Shown: positions 1-14,288, counted from the first letter of the stretch. The stretch: DNA of 64,000 nucleotides from Phoronis australis (GCA_002633005.1 NMRA01000275.1:11908-75907); one strand, 5' to 3'. Numbers and translations are program-made. The notes: generated by a model from the letters alone, not told the origin.

Positions 1-3000
1 AGTGAACCTTCGGAATAGTGAACCTTTGGAATAACGGGCTGTTCCCATTTCCAGCGATGTAAGCAGCTTTTAACAAAACTACATGATGAAAAATTACGTC
101 AAGTCATGCTCAGACTAAATATTACTGTCCGAGTATATAACGAGGTGTAATCACTCATTTAAAAAGGTCTGATTTGAAAGTTTGGCAGGAGGTAACACGA
201 TAACATGAGGCCTATATTGATCATTACATCCAAATTTTAGTCCTGTTTTCTGCGAGCAATCGTCACGACATCCTCATTTCTGATATTACAAATTCCGTAT
301 TATCTCAGGAACATAGAGCTGATAACCATCGTTGGCGTGGATACAGTTTTCCGTTCCCCATAATTAAGCTTCAAGCGCCTTACCAAAAAATCAAGTGTCA
401 ACGTTTGCAAAAGGTCCACCTTTCTAAAAATTCGAACCACTCCCCGCGCAATGCTAGCTACGAGCCTGCGCTGCCCAGAAATAAACCAGGGTTACATATA
501 CTGCAGTCGCATCGTCTGCATGTGGTTTGTGAACAGTTAAACATGAAGATCTAAAGCACCAACGCATATAGCTAATAATCAGTCAAGGCATGTTATACAA
601 CAAATATTTAATTACATTTTCCATCACAAAGTCTGGTAACCCGATTGTGTTCAGAGTCAGTAACATCACTGTTTATGTTTTTGAGACCTTGTTTGAATTT
701 CTTGTCAGCATTAACGATCCTGAAAAAGTTGTTGGCAGCCGACTGTATAAATTCTAGGATTTCAGACACCAAAGATTTTGTCGTCTTTCTCATATTTCTA
801 AAATTTTTGACAAGCTCAAAACAATAATTTTTTCGCTGTCTGAAATTCAGGAATTTTTACCATATGTCTTTATGAGGAAGAACAACGTCGTATTATAGTA
901 TAAACAGCCTGAGAAGGTTTAAGAGCGTAAATGTCACACTTGTTACCTTAATATCGTAGACACAGTAATTGTCCACTTTGTTATCCAGATAGAACTTGAG
1001 AGACTGCCTGTGTGCTAGGGGCATTTTTGTGCTGACGGCCATTTCCACAGCTGACTTAATCTCCAAGATGTTACCACGCAGATCTTTTTGACGTGACATC
1101 ACATTGTACACAGCATCAACAAATGATGTGGGATGCAACTCTCTCTACATATTCTGAAAAAGACATTCTATTTATAAAACAGAAGCAAGACCAACAAACC
1201 TGGACAACATGTAACAAGGTTTTAGAAACAATAATTTTTATCTCAATGCCAAAACCTGGACAACATGTTACAAGGTTTTACAAACAATTATTTTTATCTC
1301 AATGCCATCTTCATGCCATGAATAATACGCTTCCATAAAAAGTCACGCATTTCTAAAGATTTGTGTGACTTTTCACCTTTCCTCCTTATCAGACCAGCTT
1401 TGACCGAGATCAAAGGGAGCACAGTGCCAGAGTCTGACTTAGTTGCGATGACTGCATTGTCTGGTGAGAACAAGACCTAATTAAGTGTAATTACTTGACC
1501 ATAAACTGTAGTAAACATCTATGCTTGTATATACTGGCAAATTTTCAAAATGCATTAACCAATTGTTTTTGTTGAAAACAAATACCACAGCTGTATTCAG
1601 ACGAAAAAACAGCAAAGTTTCGATTATTCTTTTAATATACAACTAAGGTACATTAAAACATCTAAATAAACAACACACAGTAATTTTTAAAACATCACTT
1701 ATAGCCATTGCATGCCGAACTACTTTACTCCAGGAGTAGTACACTAACCGGAAAACTAATATTCGTGGAAATGCGCCGATTTTGATCTTAGCTTAAAGTT
1801 GTGAGTGAACACCTGTGAAGAAAACTAAGATGGCTAGCTCTGTAGTCAACGAGAGAGTGCAAGCGGTGGATGAGGTTGGTCGGTGGGCAAGAGCTCTGAT
1901 TTCATTTTTTAAGACTGAGGAAAAGCTAGAATAGTTATGTAGTTACTACAACCAAAACTGTCCAGAGGTTCCAAATCTTCAGTTTGGCTATCACCATAAT
2001 TGCACTTTTGTATATATTTAACGATTTGAGTTCTAATAGAGACTGAACTTGCACTAATGACACATGTAGTTTTGTTTGCTATGAAATGTTTGGTGTGGCT
2101 GTAATCTGAAAAATTCAGGGATGGGTTCACACTTAACTGACTTCTAACTTGTTTTGATACTTTGTTTAAACACAAAATTAAAAGACAGCAACCGAAACCG
2201 GTAAGAAAAAAACACAAGTAGACAGGAGTATTAAAATAAAGTATTGAAAACAGGTATGAAAAATATTCAAAACCAATGTTCCTTTGGGAAGTGGCCCTTT
2301 ATCAAGATCGATGCAAATTAACTTTTTAGTCTTTTTGTAATGTTTAAAATATACCAAGTTAACACTTCTCTCCACATCCAAGGCTTTAACTCTGTCCAAA
2401 TGCCAGAGAAAAACAATTTGGGGGTAATAATGACCACCATTGTTAAGAAAGTAGTGCTAGCTATTACCTTTCCACTTCATTAACTCAGACCTTCATCAAT
2501 ACAAAGGGTGCACTGAATAGGCATCATATAAGTTGTCTGGGGCTTAGGGAATCAGAGCCGTGACCAGTGTAAGTGAGAAATTCTCCACCTGTTGCAATGA
2601 CTTGTCCTTTGAACAGCAAGATCAACAGCTACATAAAACACCACAACCCTACTCTGACTCAGTAGTATTTACCAACAATGCTGAATGTCCATCAGACACA
2701 AAATCTTACTGCTGCTATGCGGTGATCCCCAAGTCACATCAAAACTTGCAAGGCTCAACATTCACCACTCTGATGCTAGTCAAAGGGAGACAATAGGTTT
2801 AATGACTGCAAAAACCATTGTTCGGATTGTTGTTGTTTTGTAAGATAGAACTTTTGAAATTATTAGCTTTAACAAGAGCCATAAAACAGCAAAATCTGTT
2901 GCATTTTTGTAATTCCCAGTGTTGGGATTATAACTCTTAATAGGTCAACTTGAAATTGAGTCTATGGGGTGCCATGCCATACATGCAGAGATTGACAAAT

Positions 3001-3845
3001 GAAATTCTGGTGAAGGTACAGAACAGTTCTCACAGGGGTTTGCCTATCGGAACACACGTCAATGTACTCTTTACTCTTTCCTCACTCTGTCAAATAAAGA
3101 AAGGTTTTGAGTCATTTCACATCACCAGCCATACAGATGAGCACAGAAATAAGGGCAAAAGAATGCAAAATTGGCACTTATCACTCTAAAACCCCTGCCG
3201 ATGCTGGACTTAAGCCAACAATACATTGCAAAAGCAAATTTCCTACAGATTCCAAAAATGTGGTCCAAAAGTACTATCAACCAACTAGATTTTACAAATC
3301 TGGCTTGCATGAGGGTTACATGAAATCACGGCCAATTTCTCAGTTGCTACGCAGCAATGCACAATTGCAACACTGGGGCCACCATCTTGAAGATTTAGAG
3401 TGCAGCTACAGCCAAGAAAGTGTACTTTTTTCATTCTCAGCATTTCAGACCACATTCAAAAGGCCTTATGTAGAATACCAAAAATGCCTCCAAGCCTGGC
3501 CTACCACTAAATTTTAATATTTTGGGAGTGCAACCATATTGAGACTGCTCAACAGAGATGGTGATCACTGCAAAAGGTACCCGCTCATCCAAAACTTACC
3601 ACAAACAGATGGCGCTTCTCATCAATCACGTGTCAATTTATCACTAAGGGGCCCAAACAATACTTCGTGCCAGAGAATTTTGAACCAGCACCTTGACCTA
3701 TATTCTCATTTTGCTGCTGACATTAACCACAAGTCATGATACTTCATGAATGAGAAAGTGTATGGCCTGATGAGTGGCGAATTGGTGTGGAAAAGAAATC
3801 TTTGTGTCCGATGTTGAATGAACTCCTTGTCTAAAACTCCTTTCG
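1..3845. repeat. Segmental duplicate, copy 1 (left end lies outside the window); paralogous to ~35650-43862
   Basis: 1-3366 aligns by eye almost continuously with ~35650-38992, including the same transposon end/flank junction (GCTACGAGCCTG|CGCTGCCCAG at 468 and 36123). 3367-3530 matches 41083-41260 and 3710-3843 matches 43731-43862. Confidence 0.9.
615..2805 (-). pseudogene. Duplicated block of three decayed exons (2805-2468, 1153-947, ~796-615) of the MBT-domain pseudogene
   Basis: AG/GT-bounded segments (tttgcag|...aaag|gtaata; ttttcag|...aag|gtaaca) homologous to 38411-38074, 36833-36626 and 36484-36271. In-frame stops are shared with copy 2 (e.g. AAT ATG TAG). Confidence 0.55.
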
Positions 3846-4527
3846 TAATAACACAAGAATTAAGATGAAAGTGTTCAGATAATCTATGCTCAGTGTTGTG
3901 GTTGCTTGCCCTAAATGCTGGGGTAAACTATAGATTCAATGAATCTGACCATGGTGATCAGGCGACATATAAGTCGGTCAAATAAACCGATTTTTGCTCT
4001 TCAATCGTCTAGTTTTTTAGCGAACTTTAGTAATGGTCAGTGCTTCAGTTACAACGTTCACCCGATGAAGTCCATATAATAGATCATTTCACCATGCCAA
4101 AATTAATCCTTTATGTCAAAAATGCATAAAGAGCTTTGATAATTCACTTTTAGCTGTTACATAATTCCTCGTAGTGGTGACCCATTCTGTCGGGTATTTT
4201 TCTGTGAGAAGTTTGTGCCACTACTAAACCTAACTGTGTGAGGTGAAATTCATCTTACAATTTGTAGCCTACAATGTTGCAATCCTTTGGGAAGCATGTG
4301 CCTTATGACTAAATTAGTACACCTCATTTTTTAACACAAAAACATATCTGCAAAAATGTGTTGATGAATCTACACTGGACAATGTTTTGCACCAGACGAT
4401 ATTTTCTTAACCACTCACAAAGGTTTTGAATAATTATTCATTGCAAGTGTCTGTGAACATGTACCACCATACTGCATGCGAAAAGATTCGAGGCTCGAAG
4501 TTGAAGTCCGCAAAAAACAACACTCTA

Positions 4528-6089
4528 TAGACCTAATTCACGCCGACAGGAGGAGCGTTCCAAAACGAGGCCCACTACGATAGCTCCGTTGGCTTATCGG
4601 CATACTGGTTGTATTTCGCGTTGCTCGAATCCCTAAGGAAGTTGAGATTCGGAAGCGTACGTTCAGTCCTTCCCATACACCGCGACGAAGGAAAATATGG
4701 CTGTGTAAAATTTATAAATGTTTTCGAAAAGTTAGAACACGCATCTCAGTTGCCGAGCATCATAGCAACGGCCACAGAATCTTCGGCTAGCCATGCTGTG
4801 TTCATGACTACGGATTGAAACATGATGCACTTTTCTTCCCAAGAAAGGACAGGGCCCTCAATTCCTCAATTTTGGGACTGGATATTGGCCCAGTAGGTCT
4901 CTCAAAAATATTGAAAAGTCCCCCGAAATTCCCTCCACAAGGCCTAAAAAACTCCCCTAGTGATTGAAACCTTCTCCCCGAAGTTCAAATCACCTGTAAC
5001 CACACAGGTGACAATTTGAAAGAGCACAAAATGTTACTTGAGACAGAGCCTGTGAGAGCATGCAACAGGACGGGGGTGCTGATCGGGAGGTAGATTTTTG
5101 CCCCGCACTCGGCAAAAAAAATACGCTCTCAGAAGGCACAGGCACCTTTCCCCTCATGAACGAGACCCCTGAAGAAACAAGACAACTTTTCTTACTCTGT
5201 TCAGTTAACTGAAATTGAGCTCTAAAACGAGGTTATGCTTTGGATGAATGAATTAGGTGTTTCAATTTTAAAATTCACTGGTCCGGATAGTTGAAACTTA
5301 ACATATGAAATAGACGTCAGAATTATTAAAACCAGGATAGCAGAATTGATCGGTCAAATAATTACTTGTAAATGTGAGCAAGGGAGTGAATGAGAACCTG
5401 CATATAATGCGAAAGCGATGGCTCGGGCTGTGCTCGTTTTTAATTTTTTTTAATATAAAAATGGTCAAATAAATTTTATTTACAAACCTGGTTTTTTATT
5501 TTAATAAAAATATATTCAATAACATCAGTTATTCTTTCAGATGAATGACAAATCAACTGTTAGTCCCGGTAGTCTCTACCTCACCAGGACCTAGGCTTGA
5601 TGTTAATATTCTTGATCAACAAATAAAACCAGATGTGACTAATTGCACATGAAAGCAAAATGCTATAAGCCACCACTGTCGAATATATCTTCAACTCGTC
5701 AACAATACAAGCAGATGACTTGTAGAAAGCATTTTTATCAACAATTTACAAGAAGAAACGTAACCCTGTATTCAGCATAATACCTAATCCGTAACACTAC
5801 GATCGCCGTAGTTTGGTCATATCTACTTTTCATGTTTCGAACCTAGTTTTCCGAAAGGTAGGCACCGGGACAGTCTCTGGCCTTTCGTCAGACAATTTTT
5901 TGATGCATTGACTTGTTCTCCGATGTAATTTTCTACGTCTGGGATTAATTATAGACACATTTTTAAGATTTAATATCCAGGTTGGACTCAAGAGACCGGC
6001 CATGTAACTCACGCAAGGTCAACTTTAGCTTGGTTTATCACAGTGAGCCTCGCTTTGGATTTTAATGTTCGCCGCGTGAATTAGGTCTA
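4528..6089. mobile_element. Non-autonomous DNA transposon with TAGACC termini (superfamily uncertain, Academ-like ends)
   Basis: TIRs TAGACCTAATTCACGC (4528) and GCGTGAATTAGGTCTA (6089), each flanked by TA. No transposase ORF. Confidence 0.75.
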
Positions 6090-7189
6090 TACAGTTTCTG
6101 TTTCTGTTTCTATTGTGACATCAGAGGGTAGGCACCGGGACAGTCTCTGGCCTTCCTTTTCCAGTATCGCACGCAATGTAAATTTGAAGATGCAACCAAG
6201 TTTGTGCTGGTTACACGCTCTTCGATCTTTTACCCTGATACGAGTTTTTGCTGCATCTCCATGTTGCCATCCTCGCTCTATGAGGCGCTTTGTTGCCCAT
6301 CTCTCCTGCTGTTGTACAATCTCGGCATCTGTAAGCGATTCGCGCACTCTGGAGATTACATCTGCTGGTGCAAGGAGCAGGTCGGCAATTGGTTCTGCGA
6401 TGCTTGCAAGCTCATCCGCCTTGACGTTGAATGAGATGCCACAGTGCCCTGGTATGTAAACACTGGTGAAGAGACCATTAATAGAGCTGAACAGAGGGAT
6501 CCAGGAATCTTTCACATGACCAGTTTTTAGCCTGCTAATGAGGCTGAGGGAGTTTGTAAGTAGAAATAATCTGTCTGCAGGTGTTGTGTTCTGTGAGCGC
6601 AAGACTAGGGCGTCTTCATATGCTTCACATTCAGCTCTATAAAAGACGAGGATTTTCCAACCCGTGCTGTTGACCATTCGAAGAGGTGTTGACCCTCACG
6701 AGTCCAAGCAACTGCTGCCCAAGCCGTAGTGTCATCTCTTAGTGAGCAGTGCGTTGCAACAATGATTGTGGGAGATTGTTCTTCAAGCCATTCCGATACA
6801 GTTGCTTGATTGATACAGTCAGCTCTTTCCTGCCAATGACGGCCTCCAATCTCCATGGTGTTGATGACAAAGTTTGTGGCTTTGGACCACTCTATGCTGT
6901 TGATGTTCTCCACTGGACATACCTCTTCGACAAGCTCGCTAGCTCTGATAATCCGTGATTGAACAGTTTTCTGCCTCTGTGCAGTGTGCTCATCCCTATG
7001 CTCTCTCAAGTCCAGGTACAGAGGATGAGAGTTGGCTGTAGCTGCCTTTAGAAATGCTTGGGCTGCTAGTGTCTTCTGTTTAGTACGGATGCTATTGATA
7101 CCTAACCAGTATTGGAGACTGTCTACAGGAGTGGGTCTAGCTGCACTGGTTACTATCCTCATGGCCTGGTTTTGAATCCCACAAATCAC
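6090..7189 (-). mobile_element. 5'-truncated non-LTR retrotransposon with RNase H domain (I/Ingi/Nimb-type), frameshifted
   Basis: Post-RT linker AMRIVTSAARPTPVDSL, followed by RNase H motifs IIVATHCS / SS.RAECEA / LLTNSLS / YIPGHCGISFNVKADELA across ORFs 6605-7189 and 6087-6677. 3' microsatellite tail (GAAACA)n near 6092-6111. Confidence 0.85.
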
Positions 7190-9079
7190 AGAAGTCGTTG
7201 CTTATAAGTTAGGCCTGTGACACACATACCGATAGAAGAGGTCTCGCGATTCGCCAATTATCAGGCTATTTTGAGAATGAAATGAAGCACGTTTTCCGTG
7301 TTTGTAGCTCAACTTTTTGGCCAAAATAATGATTTTACAATATATTTTTTAATTTCTAACTTTAAAATCTTCTTCCTCGTTCGTTTAGACTAAAAATCGG
7401 CGTATTTATTGAGGAACAAGCGAATTAATAATCTCTTTTGAATTTGAGTATTTTTGCTTGGTTGTGCGTACTTGCACACTGGGGGCTTGATTTATACGTA
7501 CGAATCCGCATTTTTTGTGTATGGTACACAGGTCTGGGACTTTGCCACCACACCAGCTTTTAAAGCGGCTGCTAAACCGGTCCCACTTTTCCGCCCCAGC
7601 GAGATTTTGGCAACTCATCAACCATAACATAATTTTAATTAGGTTGAAATACAATTACTATATTTTTTACATTATGCTTGAATTATACATGGTGATGTAC
7701 ATGTTAGGTTTTGTTCTCTCGAGATATTTTCTTTTTTCAGTGTCTCGTTAGCCAACAACCGTGAGTCCAGCAGACGGACTCCACGGCAGCTGATGGTTCA
7801 CCAAGTAGAAAAGGCTGTAATATTTTATGTACTATCAATACTAAGGCAAAAGAGAGCAGTTTCAATATATAATTATATATCCGTTTAATGATCTGAACAT
7901 ACGTAGGTACTGGTAGCAAATTGCTAGCATGCACTATAAACATGTTGGTGGCCATGATTAATAACAGCTGACAGTATAAACAAAGAGTGAAACACTGAGC
8001 TCGTCATGTTACAATGGCGGTGTGACGTTAGTAGTTGTAGAATGTGGGTCTAAGTGCTGGGTCAAGATTCAGTTCCCACAAGAGTGTTACATGACTGTGA
8101 GCAGCGCTGCCTGTAAGTAAAGCGTCATTGCATCCAACGCCATCTGTTTGTGGTAAAGGTTTTGGATGAGCGGGTACCTTTTGCGTGGTCACTCATATTG
8201 AGGCCAGTATGTAATGCTTTACGTACATTGCAGGCCACTGTTGGCACTGCTTCTACAAAACACTAAAACCATTAACAAAAGCTGTAACAGCAAACCCTTT
8301 GTTAATGAGAATCATCTCCCTGAAGATTCCAATGACATGCCAATGGGTTTCATTTCTTGTTATTTGGTCCTAAGACCCAAACAAGAAAGTGGTATTTGCA
8401 TGATTTACTTCAAAATGACATTGTTCTGAAAGCAAGACATTCAATGAAATGGTTTTGGCCGGGAGCCGTTATTGTCAAAACAAGCCTAAACGCTGTTCGT
8501 ACTTTTATTCTCCATTATGTCAGCTGTTTCTATTGACTTGTTTTTGTCAAAGATGATAATTCCCCACCACCAAATGGAATTTTGAAGCTGAAACCCTAAC
8601 AATGTATTTGGGAATTCCCTGTTAAAGAAGTTGTAGCTGCATGGAATCTCAAAGCAAGTTTGTGATTTAAAGTGCCAGGTTCTTGTTTATGAAACCGATA
8701 AGACTCAATCTCTTATAAGACAATTTCAGCACACAAAGTTGCTGGACGGTGGGAATAGGTCACGAAGACACAAACTTAAACACTGACTTTAATTCACGGT
8801 CAAATGTTAAATCATGCAGCTACAAATTCATCTGGGGCAAATTTTGGCATTTCCAGCCATGAATTTTTGTCCAAAATGGTCACAATCGAGTCACTGTGTT
8901 ATGCAGTGAATAGCTACTGAAATTCAGGAAGGTGCTGCTGCCGTAATCTAATTAGCAATTGGCTTTTTATTGGATGTCCCACGTGAGACAGCAGAGGGAA
9001 CGATGAAAAGCACATGCTTTGTTTTTCCATCGTGTGAACGTTACTCTGTTGCCTGTGCTCTACAACTTTACATTATGCT

Positions 9080-9186
9080 ATGGTGAGGCATGGTGTTTGT
9101 GATGGTGAGGCATGGTGTTTGTGATGGTGAGACATGGTGTTTGTGATGGTGAGGCGCGTTTGTGATGCTGAGACATGGTGTTTGTG
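9080..9186 (+). repeat. Minisatellite, ~22-bp unit TGGTGAGGCATGGTGTTTGTGA, ~4.5 copies
   Basis: Directly visible tandem copies. Confidence 0.9.
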
Positions 9187-10059
9187 GTGGATGCAACAAA
9201 ACTGCCCTTGTTGTCTATCCAAAGCAGAAGACCCTCACAAAGAAATGGCACAAATTTGTCAGTGACATCAGAATATGGGACAAGTCAAAGACTCAATTGC
9301 CAGGCTTGTGAATCCCTTGACATGTTACAATCACTTTGTCAAGTGTTGCTTTGATGAGAGAATTGTAGTAATTACTGAGATCACTCAACTCGGGAATCAA
9401 ACCACTATTTATTTATTATTATTTGTTAATGTAATATTTACAATGAGGGTAGCCCCATCAGTTCACACTGCTTTCTTTCCATGGAGGCCCCTGATAAACC
9501 CGGTAAGTGTCTAAACCATTTCGCTGTTTAGTGCAATGGGCCCAACCATGACGCCTGCGCTCGTCTGATGCACGGTAAATGATACCAGACCACCTGCATT
9601 CTTTTTAACCAACACATAGCTAATAAGCAAATGCCCGTTAGCAGGTGGCAAACAGAGGATCATTCTACAATTCACCCAAAAAGTAGTTCACAATTTTGAG
9701 CGTGCTGCTGCACCACTAGAAGGTTAGATTAATTTAATCAAAAAGTACAAATATGATTATTTTTCAGTTATGGTCTTATCACTACGCTAACATATTGAAA
9801 GTATGCAAATGGTGTTATTACATACCTTATACCTACCTCAAGCAGAGAGTTCTCCAAGGAATTTTGGCCACATTGAATACAGGCGCTGGGTTGTTTTCAT
9901 GGTCATAATCATGTTCTTCGACAATTTGATGATCGGATCTGAAATTTTGTCCATTATAGCATGTATCATATTACACATACATGCAAAAACATCAAATTTT
10001 TCTGTACGCCTCCATGTGACACTGCGTCTCTCAATTTAAGTTTCTGTCTAAAGACAATA

Positions 10060-11478
10060 TACCGCACTCGTTCGGCTTACCGCCCATGTTCGGCTTACTG
10101 CCCACCCCCGAAATTTTCAATTTTTCATTTTTAAGCGCCCGTGCTTGGCTTACCGCCCACCCCCCATTTTTTATGATCGAGACCTCCTTAAAAGTGTGTG
10201 CTTTTGTGAACGTTCGTCTTGCAAAACTAAGATTCCAAAACGTGCGTAACTTGCTTACCTTTCAATGACAATCAATCAAGTTTTAGTGAAACCGGGAACT
10301 TGCCTTACTATGGCGGTAAAATACCCATATTCTCATGCTAGATTAAGCGCAGAATTTCGTGTCAGCATGTACTGATCACTGAGACAGCACTTGTTGAATG
10401 TATTTCATTGCCATGGAAGAACCAACGAAGCGGTACTTGACAAGAATTTCAAGTCCATGGCCTACCTCTCTGGATTTCCCTGACAGTACACGAAACATCA
10501 CCACCCTGAGCAATGAAACAAAAAACACGAGCACACGCGGCTGGTACCTGAACAACGATTTTGGAAACTCCACCAACATTATTTTGGATGCATTGTTTTG
10601 AATGCAAGCAGATACGGGCCATTGTTTCATGTCTTTGTTAAACGAATGTTTTTAACGACTCACTCCCGACACCAAGGAAGCACCCAACCAAAAGTAACTG
10701 CGCAAGAAATTAACTTGTAATTAAGCGCAAGTCGAAAGTTCTATACACATCTGCGTGGTCAAAAACTTATTTTTTGAACTCTTGATTTGCTTGACTTTTT
10801 ACATGATGTGTTTTTGCTTCATTATTTTCGCAGCCGACTGACTACGTATCATGCGATTGTTGAGCACTTCGGCTTTGAAAAAATTTCTGGGAGGTCGGTG
10901 TTGGCTGTTCAACACAGAAAGAAACATACTATGTATATAAAGTGCTGCATTGTTCAAACTAGGTTCAAAGTATTTAGAAGAAAGACTGGCTGTCAATCAT
11001 TAGCACGTTTGGTTGCCAAAGTAACTAGTGGCGGCATATCTTTACAAAATCACCTGCTTCCCGTAGCAGAACCTGATGATATAGTGTAGTCTTGTGTGAT
11101 CTTATTTTTCTCTCAAGAAACTTGGCCTACTGAAGGCACGTCTATCTGTAAGAATACCTTAGTTCCAAGACATGACGAGCAGCGACCGAGGTACGTAATG
11201 ACCCAATCACGCTCGGGATCACGGCGCCATTGTATTGTGTGCACCAATTCCACTTCAGCTCATCGAAGTCCGTTACGGTGACGTATACTTAATATGCTTA
11301 GAGTCCGACGTCAGTGTAGCTACGTGAAGGTAAAATCGGTCCTTTGTGCAGTAAGCACGTACTCTTGACTTTTCAAAAATTTCAATTTTAACCGTCCATG
11401 CTCGGCTTTAAACGCCCAACCCGTTTTTTTAGATTCCCAATTTAAGTGCCCTGGGTGGTAACCCGGACAAGTACGATA
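10060..11478 (+). mobile_element. Non-autonomous TA-flanked DNA transposon (Tc1/pogo-like CCGTA ends), family copy 1
   Basis: Imperfect TIRs TACCGCACTCGTTCGGCTTACCGCCC / GGGTGGTAACCCGGACAAGTACGATA and subterminal (T)ACCGCCCA repeats. Colinear with 53735-55180 and, inverted, with 33388-33890. Confidence 0.8.
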
Positions 11479-11479
11479 T

Positions 11480-12720
11480 TTCAACAAAATAAAAGAACTC
11501 GCAAACGACATGGTGTTATATTCCTCTACTGCCATCAAATTACAAGGTAACTGGTATGCTAATTGGCAGAATTTTGCAAATCATGGAGCATGCAAGTGAA
11601 CTTGAAGAAAACCAAGGTGATCCTTTTCAGAAATGGCAGTCCCCTTAAACAATATGAGAAATGGTTCTACAATGGAACTTTGGTCGATATGGTGATTCAT
11701 TATACATACCTTGGACTGTTTATTACCCCCAAGAGTTTCATGGACCAAAGCCATTAAAACGTTATCTACTTAAGAAAAATAAAGCTGCCTCAGCAATTTG
11801 TTAATTAAAGTGAAGATGTTATGATCTACCTCTATCGAAAGCCTTTCACCTGTTGGATAAAATGGTTTACCCCTCCTTGTGTTATGGCACTCAGATATGG
11901 GGCTTAAAGGAGTATGAACAATTGGAAAATGTACACTTTAGAAGTCTACAGTTGTAGTTCTAACTTGGCAGTTACGGTAGAATGCGGTCGATTCCGACAG
12001 TTTGCTACATATTTTGTATCATGTATAAATATTGGTTCAAAATACTGGGGATGCCTAACAATAGCTGCACATGATATGCTTTTTCGGTCAGACCTGATTG
12101 GAAGATCTTGTTATAATTGGGCAAGTTATTAAGTACACTTCCGTCTGTATATGGTTTTTCAGATGTATGGATTAATCAAGCACATTTTAACAGTTTTTCC
12201 TCAGCATGTCAGTGACTGTTATTTGCAAGGCTGGGAATCTGATATGGAATGTAATGCAAAACTGTCTTGCTATGTGGGGTTTAAAACAACGTATTGTCTA
12301 GAGAATTACTTAAAAATAGTTAGTATCCCACGTTTTTATCCAGTCTCTGATTCAATTGCGATGCTCAAATCATTCATAACTTGTGGAAAGAGATCGCCAC
12401 ACAAATATTCCCTATGAAAATAGGTTGTGTGAGTTATGTAGTTCGGGATGTGTAAAGGACAAATACTACCTTGTGTTAGTCTGCAAAGCACACCAAGACT
12501 TTCGGGTTAAGTACTTATAAGTGATCAGTTTTGTCATTCTCCCACGACATCTAAATTTGAATCTCTCATGAGGACGCCAGATACGTATCCTACTTCTAAA
12601 ATTCGACCATCATGCTCTATACTATCCAGTTTGTTACGCACCTGACAATATACTGTCTTGTATATGTTATATTTTGGGCCTATGGCCATATGTGAATATT
12701 TCAATAAATATCTATTAACT
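11480..12720 (+). mobile_element. Degenerate 3' part of a LINE ORF2 (RTE-X/CR1-like)
   Basis: EFCKSWSMQVNLKKTKVILF, YTYLGLF, LCYGTQIWG and YCLENYLKIV motifs. Many stops and frameshifts. AATAAA-containing tail near 12703. Confidence 0.8.
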
Positions 12721-13917
12721 AATGTATAAAACATGCTATGAACTGGTTGTGCCATTTAATTAGATGAAACCTCAGAGGATTCAATAGACTTACATGCATG
12801 AGATTGGATGAATTATAGTGCACTTAGAAAATAGACCAATCATTAAAGGAATACAGCCACATAGCTTGTGACTTAACTGTTCTAATATAGGCCGAGTGCC
12901 TGTTAGACAGTAAACAGCCAGCACCATAACCATGATGTTTTAATCAGCTCTTTGTACAAGCTATAAGGACACACTTAGACGGATGCAATGAATGAATGTG
13001 AATGTGTCCTTCTAGGTTGTAAACTTAAGTTACTACGACCTATTAGGCCACACCCACAGCACAAGTGATGATGTGATTGGCGCTACATTCTGTAAACAAA
13101 AGACGCGCGTAAAAAACTTACAGAACAGAAACAATGAGTTCTATCCCATTATTCAACATTCCAAGGTGGCCCACCAATCACTTCAAATGTGCGGTCACCA
13201 TTTCATTGGGGTACGGAACCAAACATACACCCGAAAACACTTAAAATATTTTACATGTTCTTGCATCATCTTGCTTTTACAAGTGAGATTTCCTCGTTTC
13301 TACAGAACGCAGTCCTAAAGTTATCAGTGAGCTGGATGTCAGTAATCGACCGGTGATCCCAACAGCCCAGTTGGACTAAAGCAACTGCATAGTTAGCAGA
13401 AAGTTCCAGGTACGATCCCCACTTGGGACAGAGATCATTCAGACTTCTGTAACAGACCATGTGACTGGACCAACATAGTTAATTACGTTCACTACAATGT
13501 CTGCACATCAACAACATCTTTAACTTTTAAGTTAGTGTTTAAGAAATATACCTCCATTATGGGTTTGATTGAAGTGCACTTCTTCTTTGTACAGCACAAA
13601 CTCCACAACAGTGTTAATACGTGTCATGAAAGCCAATAAAACTCCTTTAGGTCATTCCTCTTGTGTTCCGCACACGGTGGCAGCACAAAACGGTATGTGA
13701 CATGAAGTGTGCTGTCAGTGCCTGAAATGTTTAGACGTGTGTACCAAGTAACATGCATACTGAATTTAATTTCATTATAAGTAATTGATCGTCTCTATTT
13801 TTATATTTTTACAATGTAGACAGCTAGATAAAAAACTATCAGTATCTGCATCTAAGTTTGAAGCATGTTCCTGTACCTGAAGCAATTTAGTAAAACCTTG
13901 TGCAACTATTTTACTCA

Positions 13918-14074
13918 TTACCAATACCTGCATCCCAATGTATTCTAAAAGCACAGAAACTTTTACAAGAACTGAATCTTTTTGCACTTATTGATTATGT
14001 ATCCCTGTGATTGAGAATTCCTGCAAGTTCTGTAGCCCCAATAAGCCGGCCTTGAAGATGCTTTTGTCAGACAT
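13918..14074 (-). pseudogene. Candidate terminal exon (Cys-rich) of the - strand pseudogene
   Basis: tctcgcag acceptor. The phase-2 start matches the phase-2 end of exon 21524-21322. Reads R-CLTKASSRPAYWGYRTCRNSQSQGYIINKCKKIQFL*KFLCF*NTLGCRYW*. Confidence 0.4.
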
Positions 14075-14288
14075 CTGCGAGACTACTAAGATGTATTAAT
14101 TGAATTAATAACCATTAGAGCATGGGTTGCAATACTGCCATTGACCAAGAGTAGTCAGACTTCAGTGGGAATTTTAATTGATTAAACAAATTGGTAACTC
14201 TTGAATAAGTTTCCCCAAAATTAATTCCACGAAATTTGATTGAACTCGGAATCTTGGCAAAATTTGTGTCTACTGCAAAAAAAATTAT

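Noticed and set aside
1-45. Short repeats at the window start and at 35616-35690 or 9080-9186 as a CRISPR array
   Set aside because: The units are tandem without unique spacers, the context is eukaryotic and there are no cas genes.
8130-8190. Possible exon around 7970-8210
   Set aside because: Part of it is the reverse complement of ~3570-3615, suggesting an old dispersed repeat. No frame gave a recognisable protein.
13122-13500. Alternative - strand exon following 21524-21322
   Set aside because: Purine-rich acceptor and several stops. 14074-13918 fits better.
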